A DNA stretch of 64,000 nucleotides from an uncultured Ruminococcus sp. Lineage in GTDB: Bacteria; Bacillota; Clostridia; Oscillospirales; Ruminococcaceae. Below the pieces are notes generated by a model that saw only the letters and a program-made list of their open reading frames with translations, made no database searches and was not told the DNA's origin. The translations under genes and the position numbers were made by a program. Where the stretch lies: positions 3-64,002 of the forward strand of contig CAZLBL010000001.1 in the NCBI GenBank assembly GCA_964557825.1, in the 5' to 3' direction. How positions within the stretch are numbered: position 1 is the stretch's first letter; every line of letters starts with the position of its first letter. Below are positions 29,372 to 39,295 of this stretch, in pieces.

Positions 29372-29524
29372 GACTTCACCCCCATGCCGATCATACCTAA
29401 AGTATACCACAACCGCGCCGTTTTGTAAAGAAGCAAAATTATTTCGCGCGGTACTTGTAATTCGGAACAAAAAGTGGTACAATATAAAATGTATATTGAT
29501 ATCTTGCGCAGCAGGGAGTGGCTC

Positions 29525-31348
29525 ATGAACGAACGACTGGACTATTTAAGAGATAAAGCAAACAGGCTTCCGCTGAAGCCCGGGGTTTATCTTATGAAGG
29601 ACAAAACCGATAAAATAATCTATGTCGGCAAGGCAAAGGCGCTGAAAAACCGTGTTACATCATACTTCCGCAGCGATGGCAGCCATAACGCCAAAACCAT
29701 CAAGCTCGTAAGCAATATCCATGATTTTGACTTTATAATCTGCCCAAGCGAGCTTGACGCGCTTGTACTGGAATGCAGCCTTATAAAGCTTCATCAGCCT
29801 AAATACAATATCCTGCTGAAGGACGACAAGGGATATAATTACATCAAAATTTCCCACGGCGCATATCCAAGAATAACCTACGCGCTGAATACCGCCGACA
29901 AAAACGCGGATTATCTCGGCCCGTTTACAAGCGGCTTCACCGTAAAACAGGCGGTAGAGGAAGCCAACACAATATTCATGCTGCCAACCTGCCGCAAAAG
30001 CTTCCCGATGGATTTCGGCAAGGAGCGCCCCTGCCTTAATATGCACATTAAAAAGTGCATGGGCGTTTGCAGGGGGAAAATTTCCTCCGAGGAATATAAA
30101 AAAATAGTGGACGAGGCTTTGCAATACCTTAAAGACGGCAGCCGAAAATCCGCAGAACAGCTTCGCGCCGAGATGGAAGAAGCCGCAGAAAATCTGGAAT
30201 TTGAAAAGGCGGCAAAGCTGCGCGACAGAATACAGGCAATTGCGCGGCTGCATAATTCCCAAAAGATATTCGACTACAAGACAGACGATTACGATATTGT
30301 CGCGCTTGCGCAGAATATCAGCCTTGCAAGCGTTGCGGTAGTGAAATACCGCGGCGGCAGACTGATAGACAAGGAGAATTTCTTTATCGGCGACGAGTAT
30401 GACTCCGCCGCAATGCGGCGCGACTTCCTGCTTGGCTACTATCCCGACCGCGAGGATATCCCAAAGGAAATTTACATTGACGAGCCGTTTGAGGATATGG
30501 AAATTGTTACCCAGCTTCTGCGCGACAAGGCAAACCATGCGGTTAAATTTGTTGTTCCGCAGCGCGGCGAGGGATTGGCGCAGGTGGTTCTTGCCAAAAG
30601 CAATGCAAGCGAATATTTGGCGCTTAAGGTGGGAAGAACCGCAAAGGAAATAAACTCCCTTGAGGATTTGAAAAATCTGCTGGGACTTGAAAAAATCCCG
30701 CTGTGCATTGAAAGCTACGATATATCAAACTTTGGCGAAACGGGACGCGTTGGCGGCATGATTGTATACCGCAACGGCAGACCGTTCAAAGCGGGCTATC
30801 GCCGCTTCGGCATTAAAGAGGTTGTGGGCATTGACGACTACGCGTGTATGCAGGAGGTGCTGCGCCGCAGGCTTCAGCGCTATCTTGACGGCGATGAAAG
30901 CTTTTCGCCGCTGCCCGACCTTATACTGCTTGACGGCGGCAAGGGTCATGTGGCGGCTGTAAGACAGGTTCTGGACGAGCTTGGTGTGGACGTTCCGCTG
31001 TTTGGACTTGTAAAGGACAGCAAGCACCGCACCCGCGCCATTGCAAAGGACGGCGGCGAGATATCGGTAAGCGCAAACAAGGCGCTGTTCAAGCTGCTGA
31101 CTAATATCCAGGACGAGGTTCACCGCTATTCCATATCCTTTCAGCGCGTAAGGCATAAGCAGAAAACATACGGGCTTGAGCTTACCGAGGTTAAAGGCAT
31201 AGGCGAAGCAAAGGCAAGGGCGCTGCTTAAGGAGTTCCGCACAAAGCAGGGACTTAAGGAAGCAACCACAGAGCAGCTTCGCATAACGGCTAAAATAAGC
31301 GCGGAAAAGGCGCAGGAGCTGTACAATTTTATTCAGGAGAGATTTTAA
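29525..31348 (+). CDS. uvrC: Excinuclease ABC subunit C
   Basis: PGVYLM, YVGKAK GIY-YIG, FEKAAKLRD, IESYDISN, LILLDGGKG, RDE/QDEVHR, HhH; start ATG 29525. Confidence 0.98.
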   Translation: MNERLDYLRDKANRLPLKPGVYLMKDKTDKIIYVGKAKALKNRVTSYFRSDGSHNAKTIKLVSNIHDFDFIICPSELDALVLECSLIKLHQPKYNILLKDDKGYNYIKISHGAYPRITYALNTADKNADYLGPFTSGFTVKQAVEEANTIFMLPTCRKSFPMDFGKERPCLNMHIKKCMGVCRGKISSEEYKKIVDEALQYLKDGSRKSAEQLRAEMEEAAENLEFEKAAKLRDRIQAIARLHNSQKIFDYKTDDYDIVALAQNISLASVAVVKYRGGRLIDKENFFIGDEYDSAAMRRDFLLGYYPDREDIPKEIYIDEPFEDMEIVTQLLRDKANHAVKFVVPQRGEGLAQVVLAKSNASEYLALKVGRTAKEINSLEDLKNLLGLEKIPLCIESYDISNFGETGRVGGMIVYRNGRPFKAGYRRFGIKEVVGIDDYACMQEVLRRRLQRYLDGDESFSPLPDLILLDGGKGHVAAVRQVLDELGVDVPLFGLVKDSKHRTRAIAKDGGEISVSANKALFKLLTNIQDEVHRYSISFQRVRHKQKTYGLELTEVKGIGEAKARALLKEFRTKQGLKEATTEQLRITAKISAEKAQELYNFIQERF

Positions 31349-31902
31349 TGAGAGTTATAACAGGCTCGGCGAGGGGCAGCAAGCTTGTCACCGTTGAGGG
31401 TACGGAGTTAGTAAGACCCACCACCGACGGCGTTAAGGAGGCTATCTTTTCCGCCATTCAGTTTGAAATAGAGGGGCGCACGGTGCTTGATTTGTTCGCG
31501 GGCAGCGGACAGCTTGGAATTGAGGCACTCAGCCGCGGCGCAAAGGAAGCATATTTTGTAGACTCCGCCGCAGCCTCCATAAAGGCGGTAAGGCAAAATC
31601 TTGCGCACACCCATCTTGAGGACAGGGCGTACGTTGTCAATATACCGTTTACGGCATTCCTTAAAAGCACGCAGGCGGTGTTTGATATTGCAATACTCGA
31701 CCCGCCGTATAACCTTAAGATACTAAACAAAGCGCTTCCCCACCTTGAAGGAAAAATGTCCGACAGCGGCATTATTATATGCGAGCATGAAAAGGAGCTC
31801 ACCCTGCCGCATGAGCTTGGCAGGTTTGAAATAGCAAAGGTGTTGAAGCACTCGCGCACCTCGGTTACTGTATATCGCCCGAAAGAGCGGAACGAGGAAT
31901 AA
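31348..31902 (+). CDS. rsmD: 16S rRNA m2G966 methyltransferase
   Basis: MRVITG, RPTTDGVKEAIF, LDLFAGSGQLGIEALSRGA, DPPY. Confidence 0.96.
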   Translation: MRVITGSARGSKLVTVEGTELVRPTTDGVKEAIFSAIQFEIEGRTVLDLFAGSGQLGIEALSRGAKEAYFVDSAAASIKAVRQNLAHTHLEDRAYVVNIPFTAFLKSTQAVFDIAILDPPYNLKILNKALPHLEGKMSDSGIIICEHEKELTLPHELGRFEIAKVLKHSRTSVTVYRPKERNEE

Positions 31903-31925
31903 CGGCGAAAGGACTGATATATTTT

Positions 31926-32450
31926 ATGAAAACCGCTATTTATCCCGGCAGCTTTGACCCCGTGACAAACGGGCATCTCGATATTATAACACGCGCCTCA
32001 AAGATGTTTGACAAGCTTATCGTGGTGGTGCTTATCAACCCCATGAAGACCTACTCGTTTACCATTCCTGAGCGCTGCCGTCTTTTAAGGCGCGCAACGG
32101 AGCATCTTCCCAATATTGAGGTTGCAAGCTTTGACGGACTGCTTGCCGATTATTTCAACACGCGCGATGATGTTGACGTTATAGTAAAAGGCTTACGCGC
32201 AACCACCGATTTTGAATCGGAATTTCAGCAGGCGCACACGAACAAGGACCTTAACCCAAGGGCGGAAACAGTGTTTATCCCCGCAAGCCAAAACACCACC
32301 TTTATTTCCTCAAGCATGGTAAAACAAGTCGCGATGTTCGGCGGAGATGTAAGCAAATACCTGCCCGAATGCATTCACGAGGAGATTTCACAGAAGCTAT
32401 ATAAGGATTTTACAGCCGCAAGAAAAGCAGCCGAAAAGAATAATAATTGA
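31926..32450 (+). CDS. coaD: Pantetheine-phosphate adenylyltransferase
   Basis: YPGSFDPVTNGHLDII, KGLRA, ISSSMVK. Confidence 0.98.
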   Translation: MKTAIYPGSFDPVTNGHLDIITRASKMFDKLIVVVLINPMKTYSFTIPERCRLLRRATEHLPNIEVASFDGLLADYFNTRDDVDVIVKGLRATTDFESEFQQAHTNKDLNPRAETVFIPASQNTTFISSSMVKQVAMFGGDVSKYLPECIHEEISQKLYKDFTAARKAAEKNNN

Positions 32451-32472
32451 CGGAAAGGACGGAATTTTAACA

Positions 32473-32976
32473 ATGGATTACAGCCTTTTAGACCTTATCT
32501 CAATGCTTGACGAGGTGGTAAGAAAAGCCACTCCCGTTCCGCTGTCCAAGAAAAGCATGGTGGACGTTGCACAGATAGACGAAATTGCAACCGAAATGCG
32601 CCTTGTGCTGCCGAAGGAAATACAGCAGGCGCAGAATGTAGTTTCGGACAAAAACCGCATTATTTCCGACGCAAAGCGCGAGGCGGAGGATATTATCCGC
32701 AAGGCAGAGCAGCGCAGAAACGAGCTGCTTGACCAGAACGCCATCATGAAGGAGGCGCGTAAGCGCGCTACCGAGGAGATAAGCAACGCACAGGCGCGCT
32801 CCAACCTTATACGCACATCTACCAACGAATTTACCGACAAAATGCTTGGCAGGGTTGAAGAACTGCTTGCCAAGGATATCAACAATCTGCGTGTAATGCG
32901 CAGAACGCTCAGCAGCGGCGCAGATATAACAGCGCCCGCTAAACAGCAGGCTCAGCCGCAGCAGCCTAAAAAATGA
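32473..32976 (+). CDS. Coiled-coil protein of the kind found after coaD (DivIVA/SepIVA-like)
   Basis: LPKEIQQAQNVV...IISDAKREAEDII heptad pattern; position after coaD. Confidence 0.7.
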   Translation: MDYSLLDLISMLDEVVRKATPVPLSKKSMVDVAQIDEIATEMRLVLPKEIQQAQNVVSDKNRIISDAKREAEDIIRKAEQRRNELLDQNAIMKEARKRATEEISNAQARSNLIRTSTNEFTDKMLGRVEELLAKDINNLRVMRRTLSSGADITAPAKQQAQPQQPKK

Positions 32977-33485
32977 TATTTGGCGCACCACGCGAAACGG
33001 TGAAGCTTTGCGAACATGACGATGAATGGATTATCATGGCGGCGCAGAAAATCTGGCAGCTTGAAAAGGATTTGCGCAGATACAATGTAGAGCTGCAGCA
33101 CGTTGGAAGCACCGCAGTAGCGTCAATAATGTCAAACCCCGTAATTGATATCGTGGTAGGCGTGGAATGCCCCGAGGATATCAAGCGCGTTTGCGGTTGG
33201 TTTTCAAGACACGGTTATGTAAAAGCCAAGACAGTGATACCTCAGACAACGCTGTTCTGCCTTGAAAACGACGGAATACGCTATTATCAGTTCTTTGTGG
33301 TGGACAGGCGTAGTTCGGCATGGGAAAGATTGGTGAGATTTCGCAGCTTTCTTAATGGCGATTACAATATCGCGCAGATGTACAACCGAACCAATATCAA
33401 AAACTCCGACCTGCCATATTATGAATATCTGCAACGGAAAGACTCGCTGGTTGAGGCTATATTGAAACGCCTTAACCGCTTTTAA
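32973..33485 (+). CDS. GrpB/UPF0157-family nucleotidyltransferase-like protein
   Basis: HVGSTAV...PVIDI motif, FRSFL, YxxxK C-terminal pattern; ATGA overlap. Confidence 0.8.
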   Translation: MIFGAPRETVKLCEHDDEWIIMAAQKIWQLEKDLRRYNVELQHVGSTAVASIMSNPVIDIVVGVECPEDIKRVCGWFSRHGYVKAKTVIPQTTLFCLENDGIRYYQFFVVDRRSSAWERLVRFRSFLNGDYNIAQMYNRTNIKNSDLPYYEYLQRKDSLVEAILKRLNRF

Positions 33486-33534
33486 TCCGCACTGTCCGGC
33501 AGCACATACATACCTTGATTTTATCAGAATAACC

Positions 33535-33571
33535 ATCGCCCCCGAAAGCGCCAACGGCCTTCGGGGGCGAT
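33535..33571. terminator. Terminator between grpB-like and MFS genes
   Basis: ATCGCCCCCGAA ... TTCGGGGGCGAT. Confidence 0.75.
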
Positions 33572-33595
33572 ATGATATTATTTTTATCTGCGCGC

Positions 33596-34783
33596 TTACT
33601 GTCTGTGTTTATCTGCAGCGGATTTCAGCATTATTCCTGCTATCATCAGCAAAGGGAATATTATGCCAAGCACTAGACCGCCCTTGAGGTTTCCGCCCAT
33701 AGCGCCGGAAACAAGTCCCACTATCGTAGGCCCGCCGGAGCAGCCTAAATCTCCCGACAGCGCAAGCAGTGCAAACAGCGCCGCTCCACCCTTTGGTATG
33801 GAAGCCGAAGCAACGCTGTAAACACTTGGCCACATTATGCCAACCGAAAGCCCGCACAAGCCGCAGCCGACCAACGCAAGCACAGGATTTCCCGAAAGCG
33901 AAGCAAGCAGATACGAAACAATGCACAGCCCGCTGCTGCCAAAAAGGAACACCGTCAGATTGATTTTGTGGCTCATCTTTCCGTAAAACAGTCTTGCGCT
34001 GCCCATAAGTACCGAGAAAACGCAGGGCCCTAGCAAATCGCCCATTGTTTTTGATATGCCAAGACCGCTTTCCGCAAATGCCGAAGCCCATTGACTCATT
34101 GCCTGCTCGCTTGCGCCTGCGGCAAACATAAGCAGAATGAAAATCCAGAAAAGCTTCATGGAGCAAAGTTTGCGGATAGACAGCTCCTCGCCCTCCTCAA
34201 CCAGTGTATATATCGGAACTTGTGTGAAATATACTCCCACCGCAAGAGGAAAAAGCGCCCACAGCAGCGCAAGTATACCCCAGCTCTCCTTGCCGAAAAA
34301 ATACAGAAACAGCGTGGAAATTGCAATTACCCCCACTGTTCCCCAGCAATAGAACGAGTGCAGCAGGCTCATAACGCCCGCCTTGTTATCGGTAGGACAA
34401 GCCTCAACAAGAGGACTTACCATAACCTCGATAAGTCCGCCGCCGACTGCATAAAAAACCACGCATACAATAAGCCCCGCAAACGGCGGCATGATATGCG
34501 GCAGCAGCGAAAGTCCCGCAAGACCTGCGGCGGCAAAAATGTGCGCGGCAACTATACATCTGCGCCAGCCTATTTTATCCACATACTTTGCGGCAAGAAA
34601 ATCCACCGCAAGCTGTATAAGGAAATTGATGGTTATAAGCAGCGTAAGCTGCTCCAGCGGAATACCGAAGCTGTCACGGAAAATTATGAAAAGCAGCGGC
34701 ATGAAATTATTGACTATCGCCTGTGTTATGTAGCCGCCATAGCTTGCAAGTATGGTGTGGCGGGGATTATCCTTTATTGACAT
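33596..34783 (-). CDS. MFS transporter
   Basis: About 12 hydrophobic segments, DKIGWRR loop motif; probable ATG 34783. Confidence 0.9.
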   Translation of the reverse strand: MSIKDNPRHTILASYGGYITQAIVNNFMPLLFIIFRDSFGIPLEQLTLLITINFLIQLAVDFLAAKYVDKIGWRRCIVAAHIFAAAGLAGLSLLPHIMPPFAGLIVCVVFYAVGGGLIEVMVSPLVEACPTDNKAGVMSLLHSFYCWGTVGVIAISTLFLYFFGKESWGILALLWALFPLAVGVYFTQVPIYTLVEEGEELSIRKLCSMKLFWIFILLMFAAGASEQAMSQWASAFAESGLGISKTMGDLLGPCVFSVLMGSARLFYGKMSHKINLTVFLFGSSGLCIVSYLLASLSGNPVLALVGCGLCGLSVGIMWPSVYSVASASIPKGGAALFALLALSGDLGCSGGPTIVGLVSGAMGGNLKGGLVLGIIFPLLMIAGIMLKSAADKHRQ

Positions 34784-34813
34784 TTTGCACCTCGCTGAAA
34801 ACAAACTTCAGTA

Positions 34814-34842
34814 ATTATACATCATCAGCCTTGTTTTGTCAA
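34814..34842 (-). promoter_or_regulatory. Promoter of MFS gene
   Basis: TTGACA, 17 bp spacer, TATAAT. Confidence 0.75.
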
Positions 34843-34869
34843 TAGCGCAAAATGGATTTTTTCAAAAAT

Positions 34870-34895
34870 TAAATCCCCGAAAAATCGGGGATTTA
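34870..34895 (-). terminator. Terminator after ComFB-like gene
   Basis: TAAATCCCCGA-aaaa-TCGGGGATTTA. Confidence 0.75.
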
Positions 34896-34926
34896 AGAAC
34901 GTCGAAAAAGCCTTGCGGAGATTAGT

Positions 34927-35538
34927 TTATATATCGTGGAAGCTGCGCTTTTTATTCTGCATTACAAGCCGTATCATATGCGATGTAACCGCCCGTTTAA
35001 GCGGCTCTTTAAGCTGCTCCACCTCGGAAGTTCTTTGCTCCACCGAGCGCCTTTTCAGCTTTACAAAGCGCGCAGGAATACTTTCAGCCGTAAGCTGCGA
35101 CAGCCGCTCTATGCATATTTCGCAATCACAGGCATTAAACCGCCGCAAAATCTGCGCCGCTTGGTCGTCAATCACAAGCGCGGTCAGGTTGAAGGTTTCC
35201 GTTTCCTCGCTGGTGCCAAGCACCGTTTCAACGTCACGCTTCATAATCTTTGTAAGCGGCTCAAGCCCCCTCAGCCTGCGCGGAATGCTGCTCTTTCCCG
35301 CCAGTATGGTGGGATTTACCATATCGCTGCGCTGCTCAACAAGGCGCATAACCTGCGGGGTTTTGCTGCTTTGCTCACCGCTGCTGCACTCTTTATGCGC
35401 GCTGCGCTTTTTAACGGACTGCTTTGCCGCACTGCCAACAGCCGCCTTTCCGCCTGCCTTGACACTTCCTGCGGCTTGATGTTCCTGCGGAATTTCCGCT
35501 GCGGGTTGTTTTTTCTTTCGTGTTTTTTCAGCACTCAT
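34927..35538 (-). CDS. Protein with basic disordered N-terminus and C-terminal ComFB-like domain
   Basis: FNLTALVI...ACDCEIC...IPARFV...SFH resembles the ComFB pattern (CxCxxC, P-x-Y/F, terminal H). Confidence 0.62.
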   Translation of the reverse strand: MSAEKTRKKKQPAAEIPQEHQAAGSVKAGGKAAVGSAAKQSVKKRSAHKECSSGEQSSKTPQVMRLVEQRSDMVNPTILAGKSSIPRRLRGLEPLTKIMKRDVETVLGTSEETETFNLTALVIDDQAAQILRRFNACDCEICIERLSQLTAESIPARFVKLKRRSVEQRTSEVEQLKEPLKRAVTSHMIRLVMQNKKRSFHDI

Positions 35539-36320
35539 TTGCTGCTTTCTCCGACCTTTTTAGCCTTAGAGCCGACAATCTCGTCCACCAGTGCAACAAA
35601 CTCCTTGGTTGCCTTGGATTTTGGCGAATATGTTATAACCGACTCGCCGTGGGCAGGCGCTTCGGCAATACATACGCTGGTGCTTATCCGCGTTTTGAAT
35701 ATCTCTGTATCAAGCTGCTCCGCTATCATTGCAGCAAGCTCCTCAACCTCCCGCGTCAGCATAAGGCGGGAATTATACTTGTTAAGCAATATGCCGCGGA
35801 CGCGCAGATTTTTGTTATAATACCGCTGCACCGCAAAAATCGTCTGCTTAAGCTGCGCAATGCCCTGCAGGCTGAGTATCTCGCAAAGCATGGGGATTAC
35901 CAAATCGTCCGACGCGGTGTAGGCGTTGATTGTAAGCACCGACAGCGCAGGCGGCGTATCAAGGATTATATAATCGTACCTGTCCTTGATTTCATCAAGC
36001 TGTTCGCGCAGAATATACTCCCTGCCAACGCCTGTAAGCTCAAGCTCAACACCCGAAAGCAGTATATTGGACGGTATAACATCGCACACCTCACCCTTGA
36101 TTATCGCGTCTGTAATTTCGCAGTTTCCCTTAAAAATGTCATATGCCGTAAAATTATCCTCTGCCTCAGTTCCAAGACTGAAGCCGAGATTGCCTTGTGG
36201 GTCAAGGTCGATTGCAAGCACCTTGTAACCCTTTTTTACAAGCCCGCCGCAAAGCCCGCAGCAGGTGGTGGTTTTTCCAACGCCGCCTTTTTGATTGGTA
36301 ATAGCAATAACCTTTGCCAA
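35535..36320 (-). CDS. ParA/Soj-family ATPase (orphan)
   Basis: NQKGGVGKTTT deviant Walker A, IDLDPQGN, YIILDTPPAL; TTG start. Confidence 0.95.
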   Translation of the reverse strand: MAKVIAITNQKGGVGKTTTCCGLCGGLVKKGYKVLAIDLDPQGNLGFSLGTEAEDNFTAYDIFKGNCEITDAIIKGEVCDVIPSNILLSGVELELTGVGREYILREQLDEIKDRYDYIILDTPPALSVLTINAYTASDDLVIPMLCEILSLQGIAQLKQTIFAVQRYYNKNLRVRGILLNKYNSRLMLTREVEELAAMIAEQLDTEIFKTRISTSVCIAEAPAHGESVITYSPKSKATKEFVALVDEIVGSKAKKVGESSK

Positions 36321-36392
36321 AGCTTTCCACCTCCAAAGATATCATAGGGCGCACAATTTCTGTCCGCCCTATGTGTGATATTTATTGTGCAA

Positions 36393-38378
36393 TTAGAATT
36401 CGGGGTCGATGTATTCGCCAGACTCCGTATCCTCGGGGCAGTACATATGGTAATTGGTTTTACCGTTCTTCTTAACGAAGTACATAGCAGTATCGGAGAA
36501 TGCAAGCAGCTCGGTGCAATCCTCTGAATGCTCGGGGCAAAGCGCAATGCCTATACTTGCCTTTACGTTGATTGTCATGCTTCCGTCCGAGGTTGTATAA
36601 CCGCTGTACAACTCGTTGATGATATCCATTGAGATATTCTCGATATTCTCTATATCCTCCTGGTCTGTAAAGCACAGAACAAACTCATCACCGCCGAAGC
36701 GTCCTGCAAAGCCACCCTTGTTATCAACCTTAAGGCGGATAGTATCGGCAACATACTTGATAACCTCATCACCGATTGTGTGACCATATCTGTCGTTGAT
36801 AAACTTAAAGTCGTCAACGTCAATAAACAGCAGGGCAAGCTTGTTGGCGCCGCGGCGCTCAAGCTCAGATACAAGGTTTCTTGTAAAGGTATTTCTGTTA
36901 TAAAGCTGTGAAAGGAAGTCAAAGCTTGCGCGCTCAGAAAGCTGAAGTTCCATCTTCTTTTCGTTATCAATATCGGTCATAACGCCGATAACTCTCAGCG
37001 GCTCGCCAAGACGGTCTGTAATACAAACAGCACGCAGCGACACCCAAATTACCGTGCCGGATTTTGCCTTAAGCTGATACTCGGAGCTGTAACCGTTCTT
37101 ATCCCTGAGAAGCTGGCTGATATCCCTCTTGTACTTTTCAGCGTCCTCAGCAGGCATAAGCGCGTCTATAAATCTGCCGTTGGAAAGCGTTGCGCCGTCT
37201 GTATCTATGTTGAACTTAGCGTGGGCGTTCTGGGAAACATACATACTCTCCTTGTGGAAATCCCACTCGAAAAGCATATTGTCGGACAGCTCAGCAATGG
37301 TGCGGTGACGCTCCTCGCTCATCATAACCTCATCAAGCATATCGTTGAAGGATTCCTTGATGCGTGCAAGCTCGCTGTTGCCGTTCTTTGAGGTAAATCT
37401 TATCTTGTAGCCGTTATCTTCTTCGGAAATAGCGTCCATGGTGCGCAGCATATCCTGCATCTGGTTTATAAATCTGTTGATGATAAACCATGCACAGAAC
37501 GAAGCCACAGCACAAGCCGCAAGCACAACGCCCCAGCCGATAATTACCGACATAGCCGAATACGAAGTGAATGTGCCCGTCTTTACAAGACCTGCCCATC
37601 TCCACGCGCCAACGCCCGGAAGTGCGCCGCAGGCGTATGTATACTCGCCGAAGCTGCCTGTTATAACATTCTGACTTGCAGCGGAACCATCAGACGATGT
37701 ACGCGAACGCATATCTGCAAGCGCACTGCTGACAGACACATCATTTTTAACAGACATATCGTTTCCAAAATTTACGGTTTTACCGCTCTCATCAAACAAA
37801 ACCATATGGCCGCCGTCAAGGAACTCTCCTGAGAGTGCAGCTGCAATGTTGCTGTCAGCACCGAGGGAAACAATGGCGATTGCATAGCCGCACTTTGCGG
37901 TGTTGTCATAAATATCCTTGGCAACATAGAATGCGTCAGCGCTGCCGTAGTTGTTCCAAGTAAGCGCTCCGGAAACGGAAGCAAGTCCCGTGTCGCTGAA
38001 ATGCTCAAACTTAAGACCTGTATTGCCCTTTGCGGAAGCAATAATATCGCCGTCAGTAGCGACAATCATGAGGTCCACAAAGTCCTTATCGGTGTCAACC
38101 ACGGACTTAAGCACGGAATCCGCGTCAGTACCGCCATTTGCGGCTTCTATCACTACCTCTGTCTTGGCAAGCGTTGAAACAGTGCTTGTGTAGTAGGAAA
38201 ACAGCTGGTCAAGCGCAACCGCCTTTGACTTTGATACTGCAGAAAGAGTATCGGTCTTTACGGAAGCCTCATGTCCGAGGAATGAGAACGTTCCCACTGC
38301 ACCCACGACAAGCGCAGGCACGATAGCGAAAACCAGCAGTATCGCCGTAAGAACGACCTTCAGCTTTGCATTATTCAT
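36393..38378 (-). CDS. Membrane sensor diguanylate cyclase (Cache-HAMP-PAS-GGDEF)
   Basis: Two TM segments, FDFLSQLYNR, DVDDFKFINDRYGHTIGD, RFGGDEF; no RxxD I-site (NKGG). Confidence 0.93.
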   Translation of the reverse strand: MNNAKLKVVLTAILLVFAIVPALVVGAVGTFSFLGHEASVKTDTLSAVSKSKAVALDQLFSYYTSTVSTLAKTEVVIEAANGGTDADSVLKSVVDTDKDFVDLMIVATDGDIIASAKGNTGLKFEHFSDTGLASVSGALTWNNYGSADAFYVAKDIYDNTAKCGYAIAIVSLGADSNIAAALSGEFLDGGHMVLFDESGKTVNFGNDMSVKNDVSVSSALADMRSRTSSDGSAASQNVITGSFGEYTYACGALPGVGAWRWAGLVKTGTFTSYSAMSVIIGWGVVLAACAVASFCAWFIINRFINQMQDMLRTMDAISEEDNGYKIRFTSKNGNSELARIKESFNDMLDEVMMSEERHRTIAELSDNMLFEWDFHKESMYVSQNAHAKFNIDTDGATLSNGRFIDALMPAEDAEKYKRDISQLLRDKNGYSSEYQLKAKSGTVIWVSLRAVCITDRLGEPLRVIGVMTDIDNEKKMELQLSERASFDFLSQLYNRNTFTRNLVSELERRGANKLALLFIDVDDFKFINDRYGHTIGDEVIKYVADTIRLKVDNKGGFAGRFGGDEFVLCFTDQEDIENIENISMDIINELYSGYTTSDGSMTINVKASIGIALCPEHSEDCTELLAFSDTAMYFVKKNGKTNYHMYCPEDTESGEYIDPEF

Positions 38379-38428
38379 CTTTAACTAATCCCCCTGGTTA
38401 AGTATATTTTTGCCGAATGTAAGCTTTA

Positions 38429-39106
38429 TCAATAATCCAAATCACGCGCCATTTCCTTCTGACGCTGTGCAAACTGGATTTTGTAGATGTACTTTCCGAT
38501 ATAATCCTCCTGTGAGGCGGTAAGCCCCTGAAACTGGCAGCCATAACCCTTTATGCTGCCGTCAGCATTTTTCTGCACACGAAGAATAGCAGCCACAGCA
38601 TTAAGCCGATAATCCACAAACAGGTCTATATCAAGGCAGATTACATCTTCCTCCTGAAAAACATAATCGCTGCTTGTTATAAAAACGCCGCCTATGTTGA
38701 TATCCTGTATCTCAATCGGTATCGGCTCGTCAAAGCGGACGGTTTCATCATCGCGCACCAAAAACAGCACGCGCCCGTGTTCCTCCACCTTGATTTTGAA
38801 GTATCTGCGCCGCTCCTCCAGTACCTCTGTGTCGCGGGTTTTGAGGATACGCACATTAAGCTGCGCATCAAGAGATACGGTGACTACTCCCGGATATTTG
38901 ATACGGTCGCCCGCCTTGGTTGTGGCTATAACGTGAACCCTTTCGTCCCTTGGGAACTCCCGCATGCCTGTACCTTTGATTATCAGAATACTATCGTCAG
39001 CACTTTCAATGTTCTTGGGGAACACAAAACCCTTATCCGATGTAACCGCAGTGATACCGTTTCTGTCCAGGATCTCAACCTTTATAATCTTGTTTCCAAA
39101 AAACAA
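38429..39106 (-). CDS. PilZ-domain protein
   Basis: ERRRYFK and DINIGG motifs, YGCQF, EDYIGKYIY; TTG start. Confidence 0.8.
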   Translation of the reverse strand: MFFGNKIIKVEILDRNGITAVTSDKGFVFPKNIESADDSILIIKGTGMREFPRDERVHVIATTKAGDRIKYPGVVTVSLDAQLNVRILKTRDTEVLEERRRYFKIKVEEHGRVLFLVRDDETVRFDEPIPIEIQDINIGGVFITSSDYVFQEEDVICLDIDLFVDYRLNAVAAILRVQKNADGSIKGYGCQFQGLTASQEDYIGKYIYKIQFAQRQKEMARDLDY

Positions 39107-39183
39107 AGCATCAAATCCTTTTGTGTCAATATTTCAAAGCCAATGCAGCCAAACGCATGATATGGCAGAATAGTTCTTATTAC

Positions 39184-39212
39184 ATTATACTATATTCAAC
39201 AAAATAAATCAA
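39184..39212 (-). promoter_or_regulatory. Promoter of PilZ-GGDEF cluster
   Basis: TTGATT, 17 bp spacer, TATAAT. Confidence 0.65.
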
Positions 39213-39295
39213 GTGAAATTGCGCATTTTCTAAAAATCTTCCATATTTTTTTGTTTTTTTTGGATAACATAACAAATTGCAAACCACACCAAAGC

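Noticed and set aside
35535-36320. Chromosome-partition locus or origin at the ParA gene
   Set aside because: No parB, parS palindrome, dnaA or gidA/gidB context
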